Source of the DNA: Nitrospirota bacterium
GTDB taxonomy: Bacteria; Nitrospirota; Thermodesulfovibrionia; Thermodesulfovibrionales; SM23-35
NCBI GenBank assembly: GCA_049323875.1
Contig: JBMOLW010000030.1
Coordinates: 79,500 to 143,499, forward strand
Direction of reading: 5' to 3'
DNA length: 64,000 nt
Part shown: piece by piece, positions 9,531 through 18,821 of the stretch
Position numbering within the stretch: the first letter of the stretch is position 1
Layout: every line of letters begins with the position of its first letter
The notes under the pieces: generated by a model
The model's database searches: none
Seen by the model: only the letters and a program-made list of their open reading frames with translations
What the model was told of the DNA's origin: nothing
Made by a program: the position numbers and the translations under genes

Positions 9531-12500
9531 GATATCCTCTTCATCTCTCCGGTATCCACATACACCAGCAGGCATTCAACTGTGCGTGCCGGGAACAATT
9601 CCTCTGCAATTTTCCGGTACCTCATCACCTGAATGATGGAAGCCTCTTCTGCGGAACGTTCTTTCCCGGTCTTGTAGTCAAGAATAGTAATCAGGTCTTT
9701 GTCGATGACTATCCTGTCCATCCTGTGAAGTCTGCCGGCCCGGTCAGTGACTTCCCACTCGGTCTTTACCACTCTTCCGGGCTTTCTCCTGAAATATCCG
9801 GAAATATCTTCACGCCGAACAAGCGAGACGATGAGGTCATGGATTTCCGGAACAGGGAAACCTGCGCCTGTTTCTCTCTTCACCTTGTGGGTGATTTCCA
9901 TGACTTTTTTTGAAATATCCCGGCCTGCATAATCGATGAGAGAAAGCGTCCGGTGAATGAACTCGCCTCTCTGCTTTTCATGGAGATTCAGCAATTCCTC
10001 CGGTCCCGCCCCGAACTCAATCTGTCCGGAAGCATGGAGAAGAGGCACGGGGGATGAAAAGTCATGCCTCGCACTTTCCGCATACGACGGCTTTTCTGCC
10101 GGAGGGAATTCGTCAGCAGGGAGGATATCGAGGGGATATCGGAGGGTTTTTCCGCGCACCCCGATAACATACAGTTCATACTGCGACCGGGTGAATCCAA
10201 CATACAGTGCATTCAGACTGTTAACCCTATCCCTGATCGTTTCTTTGTGATAGAGTTCAGCAGAATGAGGGTCATGGGAGGTGATATCCCTGGTGACTTT
10301 CAATAACCGGACATCGTTCTTGCCGTGTTCGATGATATAATCGAATCCCCGCGGAAACTCATCATAGAGGAGAAGAATTACCACCGGGAACCCGAGTCCC
10401 TTTGCCTTGTGGATCGTCATTACCCTGACTGCCTCGTAGTCCTTTGGCACGTTCATATCCCAGTCTGATTCCGCGATGTCACCAATCTGTCCTTCATCCG
10501 CAAAGAGGAGAAAATCGCCGATGCTGGAATATCCATTACCTTCAAGGTCCTTCACAGATTCAAGAATCTTGGCAAGCGTTGATTCTTCTTCGCCGAAAGT
10601 TTCAAACACCCTGAAAACGCAGAATATCTGGGTAACGAGGTCATACAGCGGCAAATACCCGGCGGACCTGAAGATGCCTGCGAAATAGGTATCCCAGAGT
10701 TCAGGAAATGTCTTCCGGAATGCCTTGTACAGGGGACGTTCATTTCTCCGGGAGAAGAGGAATTTCCTGATATCGCATTGCTCTTGCTCAGACTGTTCAT
10801 CAGCAATTCTCCTGCCGAATACCCCACCGGAAAGAAACGTGGCAAAGGAAAGATCTTCAGGAGGAGAGTCGAGGAATTTTAACAGGGAGAAAATTTCACC
10901 GGAAAGCTTCCGTCTCCGGATGTCGAGACTGCTGAAGGAGATGAAGTCTATGTCGATTTCATTCAGCCATGCAGTGACCCTGACTGCATCCTCGTTCCTC
11001 TGGGTGAGGACTGCGATATCCCCCAGGGAATATCCGCGGGTTCGGAGTTCCTGCATCAATTCCTGGATTTTCTGTTTTTCCGGAGGTGATTCATCATTTT
11101 TTTGGTGCAGGGTGACTTCAACATACCCTGAGGTACTTCCAGCATCACTCGGGGTCTGGGTATAGTCGGCAAGGCCGCTTCTTGTGGCAGCTTCATGATA
11201 CTGAGGATTCCCGGAAACCTTCCCCTGAAATACCCTGCGGGTAAAGTCGAGTATTCTGCTCCTGCTCCTGTAGTTGATGGTCAGTTCCCTTTCGAACGGG
11301 ATTGCGGAAGGGAAAGGATTCGTGGATATACAGTCTCTCATGATCGTGTAATCTGCATCCCTGAACCCGTAGATCGCCTGTTTCGTATCGCCGACTACAA
11401 AGAGACTGCCGCCCTGGGACAGGGAGTTGTCGATCAGGGGGATAAGGTTCTGCCATTGTATGGGAGAGGTGTCCTGGAATTCGTCGATAAGAAAATGGTA
11501 GACGATATCTCCAAGCCTGAAGTACACATCAGGGACGATATCACTGCGGAGATACTCTGCAAGATACCGGTTGATGTCTTCTATAAATACCTTGCCATGG
11601 AGTCTTTTTATCGATTCGATACTGTTTCTGAAAGACCCGTAAGCCAGCATATAGGGGATGCAGACAGAACGGCTATAAAGGGATGCAAACCGGCTCACAA
11701 GTCCCTGTAATTCTGACCAGTATGCGAGTATCTCCCTATATGAGTCATGAAGAGCCTGAGCCTTTCCCCCGGGTTTCTTTACCGGGGGAAGTTTAAGACC
11801 TCTGCTGAAAATATCGGTAAATTTGTTCTCATGGACAGCAGTCCGCACTGCATCGAATGAAGAATTGAGGCTTTTATCAAGTTGAGAATTATTGATAAGA
11901 TTATCAAGAAGATATGTAATTTGTTTCATCTTATTCTTTAAGATATCAATCTCTTTCCTCTCATCTTTGAGAAGAGGTCTTAAACTGGTGGCAGAAAGCT
12001 TTCTGGAGAGATTCTTCACCTCTTCAATGATTGTTTCCGTGGGATCCCAGAGATAAGATGCATCAGACCTTCTGTTTTCTCCGATGTCGTCGATAATCTG
12101 TTCAAAAAGTACTGATTCATAGGTATGTTCACTGATATTTCTAAAAATAAGGTTGAATGTATAATCAATAAGAGATTGATTATTAATGATAATATCAAAA
12201 TCAGGGGGGTATCCGAAATCAATTGCCGATGCTTTGAATACCGTTGCCATGAAACTGTCTATTGTCTTCACCTGGAAATCAGAGTAATTGCCCAGTATCT
12301 CTTCAAGAAGAGCGCCTGCCTGTTCACGCACCTGTTCGCGACTGACGGAAATAACCTGCAGGAGTTCATCAAGGACATCAGGCTCACCGAAGTACGCATC
12401 CTTAAGCTGTTCAAGGACCCGCTCTTTCATTTCTTTTGCGGCATTATTCGAGAACGTTATCGCGAGAATGTTCCTGAGGCTGTTATGGTGAACTCTTCCG

Positions 12501-12622
12501 GACAGAATAAACTGGACGAACCGCTGCGTAAGGGCGTAGGTTTTCCCGGAGCCTGCAGAGGCCTTGAGAATCATGAAATGAGGGAATGGGATATCGGTGT
12601 CTTTCTGTAAAACCGGATTCAT
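9527..12622 (-). CDS. addA: AddA-like UvrD/Rep-family helicase with a C-terminal PD-(D/E)XK nuclease
   Basis: Walker A ASAGSGKTYALT, DEFQDTSP (motif II), VGDTKQAIYGFR and TIHKAKGLGFP. The C-terminal nuclease motif is MDRIVID...ILDYKTGKE. Confidence 0.85.
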   Translation of the reverse strand: MNPVLQKDTDIPFPHFMILKASAGSGKTYALTQRFVQFILSGRVHHNSLRNILAITFSNNAAKEMKERVLEQLKDAYFGEPDVLDELLQVISVSREQVREQAGALLEEILGNYSDFQVKTIDSFMATVFKASAIDFGYPPDFDIIINNQSLIDYTFNLIFRNISEHTYESVLFEQIIDDIGENRRSDASYLWDPTETIIEEVKNLSRKLSATSLRPLLKDERKEIDILKNKMKQITYLLDNLINNSQLDKSLNSSFDAVRTAVHENKFTDIFSRGLKLPPVKKPGGKAQALHDSYREILAYWSELQGLVSRFASLYSRSVCIPYMLAYGSFRNSIESIKRLHGKVFIEDINRYLAEYLRSDIVPDVYFRLGDIVYHFLIDEFQDTSPIQWQNLIPLIDNSLSQGGSLFVVGDTKQAIYGFRDADYTIMRDCISTNPFPSAIPFERELTINYRSRSRILDFTRRVFQGKVSGNPQYHEAATRSGLADYTQTPSDAGSTSGYVEVTLHQKNDESPPEKQKIQELMQELRTRGYSLGDIAVLTQRNEDAVRVTAWLNEIDIDFISFSSLDIRRRKLSGEIFSLLKFLDSPPEDLSFATFLSGGVFGRRIADEQSEQEQCDIRKFLFSRRNERPLYKAFRKTFPELWDTYFAGIFRSAGYLPLYDLVTQIFCVFRVFETFGEEESTLAKILESVKDLEGNGYSSIGDFLLFADEGQIGDIAESDWDMNVPKDYEAVRVMTIHKAKGLGFPVVILLLYDEFPRGFDYIIEHGKNDVRLLKVTRDITSHDPHSAELYHKETIRDRVNSLNALYVGFTRSQYELYVIGVRGKTLRYPLDILPADEFPPAEKPSYAESARHDFSSPVPLLHASGQIEFGAGPEELLNLHEKQRGEFIHRTLSLIDYAGRDISKKVMEITHKVKRETGAGFPVPEIHDLIVSLVRREDISGYFRRKPGRVVKTEWEVTDRAGRLHRMDRIVIDKDLITILDYKTGKERSAEEASIIQVMRYRKIAEELFPARTVECLLVYVDTGEMKRIS

Positions 12623-12746
12623 GGCAATTCGTTGAACTCTCTATGACACTATACCTTTTTGGGGTGGTTTTTGCCAGGAGGAACCTGACAGAAATAGTGA
12701 TTGAAAGGATTATGAACCGGAGCAGGGAAGATGAGGGCCGGAAATC

Positions 12747-13031
12747 TTACGCTTTGTCCTGCTTTTTGAATTCCACGCCGACCTTTACAGAGCTGTCTCC
12801 CATGCTCATAGTCCAGCGCACGACTGCATACAGGGAATCATTTGTAAGGATTCCCCGTATCATGATCTCTTCACCATCTGCAAGGGGGTGGTTCGTGATC
12901 ATGCATAATCCGGCATGGCTGAAATCCTGTATTATTCCTTTCAGGACTTTATCGGCTGAATGTGCAATGCGGGAATATTCTATAATCTGGGAAAAATCAT
13001 ACCGTGAGTTTTTTCTTTGTCCGGTTGACAT
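12747..13031 (-). CDS. Stand-alone PilZ-domain c-di-GMP receptor
   Basis: 94 aa with both canonical motifs: RKNSR (RxxxR) near the N-terminus and DFSHAG (DxSxxG). The SD aaggga lies upstream of the ATG. Confidence 0.75.
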   Translation of the reverse strand: MSTGQRKNSRYDFSQIIEYSRIAHSADKVLKGIIQDFSHAGLCMITNHPLADGEEIMIRGILTNDSLYAVVRWTMSMGDSSVKVGVEFKKQDKA

Positions 13032-13052
13032 TCTGTCCCTTTGGTCACTCTA

Positions 13053-13082
13053 GTTATAAATAAAATGCTGCGCATTTGTCAA
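13053..13082 (-). promoter_or_regulatory. Sigma70-type promoter for the PilZ gene
   Basis: The minus strand reads TTGACA - 18 nt - TATAAC. The -10 ends about 21 nt upstream of the PilZ ATG. Confidence 0.45.
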
Positions 13083-13154
13083 ATTTCCCTGCAAACCCGG
13101 ATTATGCGTAAATGAATGACCAAGGAGAGCAGACGCAGTATATCGCTCATTCTT

Positions 13155-13185
13155 GTCCCGATCCCGAAGGTATTCGGGACGGGAC
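13155..13185 (-). terminator. GC-rich stem-loop downstream of dtd (possible terminator, no U-tract)
   Basis: gtcccgatcccgaa-ggta-ttcgggacgggac forms a 13-14 bp stem with one bulge, about 30 nt after the dtd stop. It is not followed by a T-run on either strand. Confidence 0.3.
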
Positions 13186-13214
13186 TCCGAGGTATCTCCC
13201 GAAAGCGTTGCGGA

Positions 13215-13658
13215 TTATTGCCTCGAGTCCAGCAGTATTGTCACCGGACCGTCATTTATCAGATGAACCTTCATGTGAACTCCGAATTTACCCGTGAAGG
13301 CTGTGAGTCCGGTCTCACGCAATCTCTCAGCAAGCCTGAGGTATAAAGCTTCGGCCTTTTCAGGACCTTCAGCATTGTCAAATGATGGGCGGTTGCCTTT
13401 CCTGCAGTCTGCAGAGAGGGTGAACTGTGACACAACAAGGACTTTCCCTTTGATATCCTGCACGGAAAGGTTCATTTTCTGTTGCTTGTCTTCGAATATC
13501 CTTGCCTGAGAGATTTTTTTGAGCAGATACTCCATATCCCTGTCCGTGTCACCCTTTTCGACGCCAAGGAACACGAGAAGGCCCTGTGCGATTTCTGAAA
13601 TGACGTTACCGTTTACGGTAACCCGTGCTTCTGATACCCGTTGCAACAGTGCTTTCAT
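13215..13658 (-). CDS. dtd: D-aminoacyl-tRNA (D-Tyr-tRNA) deacylase
   Basis: [15 protein letters not shown]...[12 protein letters not shown]...SQFTL...GNRPSF: full-length family signature over 147 aa. Confidence 0.9.
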   Translation of the reverse strand: MKALLQRVSEARVTVNGNVISEIAQGLLVFLGVEKGDTDRDMEYLLKKISQARIFEDKQQKMNLSVQDIKGKVLVVSQFTLSADCRKGNRPSFDNAEGPEKAEALYLRLAERLRETGLTAFTGKFGVHMKVHLINDGPVTILLDSRQ

Positions 13659-13691
13659 GTCTTCTGATTATTCAGTTTAAACTTCTGACTC

Positions 13692-15869
13692 TTAATACCA
13701 GAGCATCGCTTCAAAATCAGGAGTCGGTACGGTAAGCGTTATGTGACCTCTCCCGGGACACCGTTCGATCTCCTCGCCCTCTTTGGTTATGCAGAGTGAA
13801 AAATTGACAACATCATTTTCCCGTGCGTGCAGGTCGCCGAACGGTATGCCGATCTCAAAGACATCACCAAATGCTACATCCGGAATGTCTTTCACTTTTT
13901 TCCAGTCGCTGTTCCTCTTCTCAAGCAGTGACGCAGAGAGCTCCGGCCTGACCGAAACAGAAACTTTCAGCATGGAAGGCTTCACAAAATCAATTGAGAA
14001 CGAAAGGTCTTCGGGGAATTCGTTAGAAGGAATCGCAGGGTCAGCTCTCAGGAAGAGTGTTTCCTTGTTGAACCCGTAATAAATGCCTGAGAGGAGACTC
14101 TCGGCCTTGTGCATACTTCCCCCTGACTTCCTGATATCCATCTGGGCAGCCTGGTACCATTCGTAGTAACTGGTGACGGTTCCGTCTATCTTCGGGTCGA
14201 TGAACCCGCGGATAGCGACGGTCGGAGCGATGCTCCTGTCTTCCCTGAGGACCGGCACGAAGAGAAAGGGCGGAATTTCCTTCCCCATTTCCCGGTAAAC
14301 GTTCATGAGGTTTGTCCTGAAGAGCTCATCAAAATCTTTCTGGGTCTCAGTGGTATGGTCGTCGCCGTACCACCAGTTCCAGTCACTCCCCTCTGCGATA
14401 TAGACTGACTTCCACGCTTCGGAAAGGTTTCTGTCAGGGTGGACAGCCTGGAACAGCTCCAGTTCCTTTCGTGTTTCAGCAAGGTAGTCCCATGCTGTAT
14501 TGTCTTCCTCATGTCCTATCCACACGGCGAAATTTCCATAGATCCATGACCCTGGATGGAGCTTGTCCAGATTGGAGCCCGGGCCATGGGTGTCGAGAAA
14601 TTCGGAGACAGTCACTGTCTGCAGCCGTTCATTGGTGGAGAGCCCTTCGTAGAGATAGTTCAGGAAATCGTATCCGTCGTTGGCATAGTATTCCCATGCA
14701 TTCTCGCCGTCAAGGATGAGGGATACGAGATACGGCTTGTCCTTGGGGATGCTCGCAGCAATTTCTTCCAGATGACGGATGAGGTCATTTGCCGCATTCA
14801 TCGGTTCCCATTTCGCGTAGACGAACCCGATACGGTCTGAAAGCAGGTGGTCGCGGAAAATGATCGAAACGTTTTCGAAGACATGGGGACTGTAAAGAGT
14901 CCGTGGGTCGAGGAGATTCCTTGCAGAATCCCGGAGGTGTCTTTCAATTGAGGCGGCAAGGATGTCTTCGTCGGTTGCAATCCATTGAATGCCGGCGTCT
15001 TTGGCAATCTTTACGACTTCTTCACTTACTGAACCTTCCGAAGGCCACATGCCGCGCGGACGATAGCCGAATATTTTGTCAAAATACTCCAGTCCGTCCC
15101 TGATCTGCTTTTCCGCATCCGCGGGATGCGAGAAACGCTGGCGCGGGAGGTGTATGTCCGGCTGCGCAATGCGTGCAATATTCGTATCGCAGAGCAGGGG
15201 CAGGATAGGGTGGTAGAACGGGGAACAGGAGAGTTCGATCTGTCCCTTCCCGAGCATTTCCCTGTACCGGGGTATGATCTGTCTCAGGATTGTATGCTGT
15301 TTTTCCAGAACAAGCCGTTTTTCTTCTTCGGAGAAGTCCCTGCCTTTTTCGGCGAGCGTTCTGAGGTCTGTGTCATTCCGCCTGAAAAGAGGGTCTATCC
15401 AGCACAGGTTGAAGAGCACCTGGAGGTCGAGAAAGTCCTGAACCCTGAAATAACGGGCAAGCCTTGCCAGATCGCTCCGGATGAGACGGGTTCCCCGCTT
15501 GGACAGGAGTTCGGAATAGCGCGGGAATGGTCTGATCATCGTCTCCCAGTTGGCAAGAAAAAAGTTTTCGAGAAGAAAAACCCTTTCCTCCTGGGAGAGA
15601 TCTGCTGCGTTCATCAAGCTGAGTTCCCGGTAGCGGTCCGTTGCATTGTTCTCTGTATAATCCGAAAGTTGTTCGAGGAGAGACGGGGTGAAATTGAAGG
15701 TCTGCCTGATTGCAGGGAATCCGCTTTGAATCTCTGCCATATCAAGGTAGTCTTTGGTGCCGTGAAGCCTTACCCAGGGAAGTCTGTACAAGCCGGTCAA
15801 AGGGTCTTTATAGAAAGGCTGGTGCATATGCCAGAGGAAAGCGACAGAGAGGGGGTTACCGGTCTTCAT
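13692..15869 (-). CDS. Glycoside hydrolase family 57 protein (alpha-amylase / 4-alpha-glucanotransferase type)
   Basis: The N-terminal FLWHMHQPFYKD, WPSEGSVS and GENAWEYY are GH57 conserved regions. A long C-terminal all-beta type extension follows. Confidence 0.85.
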   Translation of the reverse strand: MKTGNPLSVAFLWHMHQPFYKDPLTGLYRLPWVRLHGTKDYLDMAEIQSGFPAIRQTFNFTPSLLEQLSDYTENNATDRYRELSLMNAADLSQEERVFLLENFFLANWETMIRPFPRYSELLSKRGTRLIRSDLARLARYFRVQDFLDLQVLFNLCWIDPLFRRNDTDLRTLAEKGRDFSEEEKRLVLEKQHTILRQIIPRYREMLGKGQIELSCSPFYHPILPLLCDTNIARIAQPDIHLPRQRFSHPADAEKQIRDGLEYFDKIFGYRPRGMWPSEGSVSEEVVKIAKDAGIQWIATDEDILAASIERHLRDSARNLLDPRTLYSPHVFENVSIIFRDHLLSDRIGFVYAKWEPMNAANDLIRHLEEIAASIPKDKPYLVSLILDGENAWEYYANDGYDFLNYLYEGLSTNERLQTVTVSEFLDTHGPGSNLDKLHPGSWIYGNFAVWIGHEEDNTAWDYLAETRKELELFQAVHPDRNLSEAWKSVYIAEGSDWNWWYGDDHTTETQKDFDELFRTNLMNVYREMGKEIPPFLFVPVLREDRSIAPTVAIRGFIDPKIDGTVTSYYEWYQAAQMDIRKSGGSMHKAESLLSGIYYGFNKETLFLRADPAIPSNEFPEDLSFSIDFVKPSMLKVSVSVRPELSASLLEKRNSDWKKVKDIPDVAFGDVFEIGIPFGDLHARENDVVNFSLCITKEGEEIERCPGRGHITLTVPTPDFEAMLWY

Positions 15870-16185
15870 ATTTGAAGATATATTCGTCTGGTTTTGCTAA
15901 CCCGAAGTCCTCCCGCGCATGTTTTTCTCTCTCATAAGGGTCTTCCTTGAGAGATTGAATCTGCGACCTGAGTTGTTCATTCTCCAGAGCGATATCCCTG
16001 ATTTCACTTTCCGTGCGGAGCTTGTTTTGATACAGTTCCCTGTATTTCAGAATCCCCAGATCCCCGAAGATAATATTACCGAAAAGGTAGAGGAAGCTCA
16101 GGAAGACGACGGTATAGAAGACAAGTCTCCGTTTCCTCACCTCGGAGGCGACCTGTTGGCGCAGACGGTTGACGGGAGTTGCCAT
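15856..16185 (-). CDS. ftsB: Septum formation initiator (FtsB/DivIC family)
   Basis: 109 aa with one N-terminal TM helix (LVFYTVVFLSFLYLFGNIIF), then a coiled-coil with LRSQIQSLKEDPYEREKHAREDFGLAKPDE, the typical FtsB C-terminal motif. It overlaps the GH57 start by 14 nt. Confidence 0.7.
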   Translation of the reverse strand: MATPVNRLRQQVASEVRKRRLVFYTVVFLSFLYLFGNIIFGDLGILKYRELYQNKLRTESEIRDIALENEQLRSQIQSLKEDPYEREKHAREDFGLAKPDEYIFKYEDR

Positions 16186-16193
16186 TACTATAA

Positions 16194-16222
16194 ATTATAG
16201 AATGCTTTTCCGACTTTGTACA
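16194..16222 (-). promoter_or_regulatory. Candidate sigma70 promoter placed so that ftsB would be (nearly) leaderless
   Basis: The minus strand reads TGTACA - 17 nt - TATAAT. The -10 ends only 8 nt before the ftsB ATG (16185), and there is no SD between them. Confidence 0.35.
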
Positions 16223-16348
16223 CTGGAGATTTCGCCGGTTCTTCAGGCAGGGAATCCGGCCGTGCAGACGCAGGTTTTTTATCGGGAACAGCACCGGGAT
16301 TTATCCGCTTCTTCTCTCAGGGGAAACTATGTACTGCATTGGCAGTTG

Positions 16349-17734
16349 TTATTTTCTGCGCACATGGATTGCATCGCCGTGAACGTCTTCGGCAGCTTCC
16401 ATGAGAGCTTCGGAAAGGGTGGGGTGGGCATGGATAGTCTGCCCGATATCTTTCGTCGTCAGACCATTCCGGATTGCGACAGCCGCCTCATGGACCAGGA
16501 CCGAGGCAGAAGGTCCCATGATGTGAACACCGAGAACCCTGTCTGTTTTTTTGTCGGATACGACTTTTACAAAACCTTCGATCTCTCCGAGGACGTGCGC
16601 TTTGGCGAGTGATCTGAACTGAAAATGCCCGGTCTGTACCGGTAACCCCTGTTCAGAGGCCCGGCGCTCTGTGAGTCCGACAGAGGCTATTTCCGGGGAA
16701 GTGAAGATAGCGGAAGGAACTGCAGCGTAGTCCATTGTCTTTTTGCCGCCGAGCGCATTGGTCACCGCAGTGATCCCTTCCTGCGATGCGACATGCGCCA
16801 AGAGCAGTCCTCCTGTTACATCACCTACAGCATAAATCCCTGGGACTGAAGTTTCGAGATTGCTGTTTACGACAATTTCTCCGCGGGAACCTCTCCTGAC
16901 CCCAACTTCATCAAGCCCGATACCCTCACTGTTAAAAGCCCTTCCGGTAGCGACCAGGGCTTTTTCAGCCACGATTTTTCCTCCGCCGGGGAAGATGACA
17001 TGCACGCCGTCCTGCTCTGCGGTGATGCGGTCAACATTGGTTCTGGTGAATACCCGTATTTTCTTCTTCCTGAATTCCTGTTCGAGGAGCGCTGATATCT
17101 CATCATCTTCAGTGGCAAGAATGCCGGGGAGTCTCTCTATCAGGGATACTTCAGATCCGAGGTCCCTGAAGATGCAGGCAAATTCACAGCCGACGATGCC
17201 GCCGCCGACGATGAGAAGGCTCCTGGGGATTGCTGTGAGGTTCAGGATATCGTTGCTGGAGAGGATCTGTTTTCCGTCGAAAGGGAAGGAAGCAACCTGA
17301 TAAGGTCTTGAGCCGGTTGCAACAAGTATCCCGTCTGCCTCAAGGGTGTCGAGGGAACCGTCCCGTGACCGGACATGGAGCGTACGGGGTGAAGCAAGCG
17401 ATCCGTTTCCCTCCCTGAGGGTGATGCCCCGGTATTTGAAGAGGGAACGGATTCCCTGCACCTGTGTCCGTACAATTGCATTCTTCCTCTCGACTATCGA
17501 GACAATATCCGGCGTTATGACTCCGTCTCCGCGGAGCCCGAATGCTTCGAGATTTTTTGTTTTCGCGAACAGTCTTGCTGATGCAATGATTGCCTTGGTT
17601 GGAATACATCCCCAGTTAAGGCAGGTTCCTCCGACTTCCTCCTTCTCGATTACTGTGACCTTTGCCCCGAGATGGGCAGCCCGTATTGCAGCAATATAGC
17701 CTCCCGGACCTGCCCCGAGGATCGCTAAGTTCAT
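16349..17734 (-). CDS. lpd: Dihydrolipoyl dehydrogenase
   Basis: GAGPGGY (FAD), the redox disulfide GGTCLNWGCIPTK, GGGIVGCEFA (NAD) and the C-terminal HAHPTLSE. Confidence 0.9.
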   Translation of the reverse strand: MNLAILGAGPGGYIAAIRAAHLGAKVTVIEKEEVGGTCLNWGCIPTKAIIASARLFAKTKNLEAFGLRGDGVITPDIVSIVERKNAIVRTQVQGIRSLFKYRGITLREGNGSLASPRTLHVRSRDGSLDTLEADGILVATGSRPYQVASFPFDGKQILSSNDILNLTAIPRSLLIVGGGIVGCEFACIFRDLGSEVSLIERLPGILATEDDEISALLEQEFRKKKIRVFTRTNVDRITAEQDGVHVIFPGGGKIVAEKALVATGRAFNSEGIGLDEVGVRRGSRGEIVVNSNLETSVPGIYAVGDVTGGLLLAHVASQEGITAVTNALGGKKTMDYAAVPSAIFTSPEIASVGLTERRASEQGLPVQTGHFQFRSLAKAHVLGEIEGFVKVVSDKKTDRVLGVHIMGPSASVLVHEAAVAIRNGLTTKDIGQTIHAHPTLSEALMEAAEDVHGDAIHVRRK

Positions 17735-18117
17735 TTTGCCTCTTCTTCAACATATTTCAGATACTCGGATGCATCCATGAGGTCATCGGCCGCGGAAGGA
17801 TCATCAAGTTCGATCACAGCGATCCATCCCTTGCCGTAAGGGTCTTCATTGAGGATTTCGGGGGATTCGGAAAGGTCTTCATTTACCTCATGGACCTTGC
17901 CGGATACGGGTGAGATGATCGATGAGGTTGCCTTTGTTGATTCTATTTCGCCGATTTCGCTGTTTGCATCAATATCTGAATCCACCTCAGGAAGATCGAT
18001 ATAGACAATGTCGCCGAGCGCGTCCTGTGCATAGTCTGTAATCCCGATCGTAGCTTTTCTGCCGGTGATTTTTACCCATGTATGCTCTCTGTGAAATTTC
18101 AGGTCATCTGGATTCAT
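17731..18117 (-). CDS. gcvH: Glycine cleavage system H protein (lipoyl carrier)
   Basis: HTWVK...ATIGITDYAQDALGDIVYIDLPE and the lipoyl-lysine motif EIESTKA. There is a 4-nt overlap with lpd. Confidence 0.9.
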   Translation of the reverse strand: MNPDDLKFHREHTWVKITGRKATIGITDYAQDALGDIVYIDLPEVDSDIDANSEIGEIESTKATSSIISPVSGKVHEVNEDLSESPEILNEDPYGKGWIAVIELDDPSAADDLMDASEYLKYVEEEAK

Positions 18118-18242
18118 GTTTCCTCCTACATTTTGGATTACTCACCCAACACAGATTTCTTATCATAGGTTTTTCTTCTTTGTCAAGGAATGTTCGCAGA
18201 TGCTGTTGAAGCATACGGTATCTTGTAGTAAGATATAACCAA

Positions 18243-18821
18243 ATGAGGATTTCAGGCGGTTTCGCAAAGGGCAGGAGAACGTCATGGGAAAGGCTCCCGG
18301 AGGAAAACACCTCCGGAGGACGCCTCAGGCCGACGTCTTCAAAGGTCAGGGAAGCTCTTTTCGATATACTCAGGAACATACTTCAGGGGTCACGGTTCGT
18401 TGATCTTTATGCAGGAACCGGAACCGTTGGTCTCGAAGCCCTCTCACGGGGTGCGGGAAGCGTGGTCTTTGTCGAACCGGACGGGGTCAGAACCGCGATG
18501 ATCCATAAGAGCATCGAAGCTCTGGGGTTTTCCGGGAACGCGATTGTTAGCAAAATGTATGCAGAAAAATTTCTGCAGACAGCTTCACGTGAGCGCCTGG
18601 GGTTTGATATTTTTTTTCTCGACCCCCCCTATCAGTCGGAAGAGATCGGGAAGGTTCTCCCCCTTATCGGGAGCATCGGGATACTGAATAATGAGGGCAT
18701 TGTGATAGCAGAACATTTTTTCAAAAAACCGGTGCCCAGCATTGCCGGAAGCCTGATCCTCGCGAAACAGTACCGGTACGGAGATACGGTGCTGACTCTT
18801 TACCGGGAGGAGCCGGGGTGA
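18243..18821 (+). CDS. rsmD: 16S rRNA (guanine966-N2)-methyltransferase
   Basis: MRISGGFAKGRR...RPTSSKVREALFDIL, DLYAGTGTVGLEALSRGA and FLDPPY. Confidence 0.85.
   Translation: MRISGGFAKGRRTSWERLPEENTSGGRLRPTSSKVREALFDILRNILQGSRFVDLYAGTGTVGLEALSRGAGSVVFVEPDGVRTAMIHKSIEALGFSGNAIVSKMYAEKFLQTASRERLGFDIFFLDPPYQSEEIGKVLPLIGSIGILNNEGIVIAEHFFKKPVPSIAGSLILAKQYRYGDTVLTLYREEPG

Noticed and set aside
11800-12250. A visibly AT-rich patch inside the addA-like gene. The GGDEF gene at 4519-5487 is also AT-rich. Either might indicate a horizontally acquired insert.
   Set aside because: The patch lies in-frame within one continuous 1031-aa ORF, between helicase motifs I and II, which is a variable helical insertion region. 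It has no flanking repeats or mobility genes. I cannot compute GC skew here, so I treat it as local compositional relaxation.
12586-13053. A 155-aa plus-strand ORF covers the addA-PilZ spacer and the PilZ locus.
   Set aside because: The minus-strand 94-aa frame carries both canonical PilZ motifs, an SD and a near-consensus promoter. The plus-strand frame has no motifs and would run through that promoter.
18118-18242. A possible glycine riboswitch upstream of gcvH.
   Set aside because: The spacer is only 125 nt and is shared with the divergent rsmD promoter region. That is too short for a glycine aptamer with its expression platform, and no conserved aptamer core motifs are seen.
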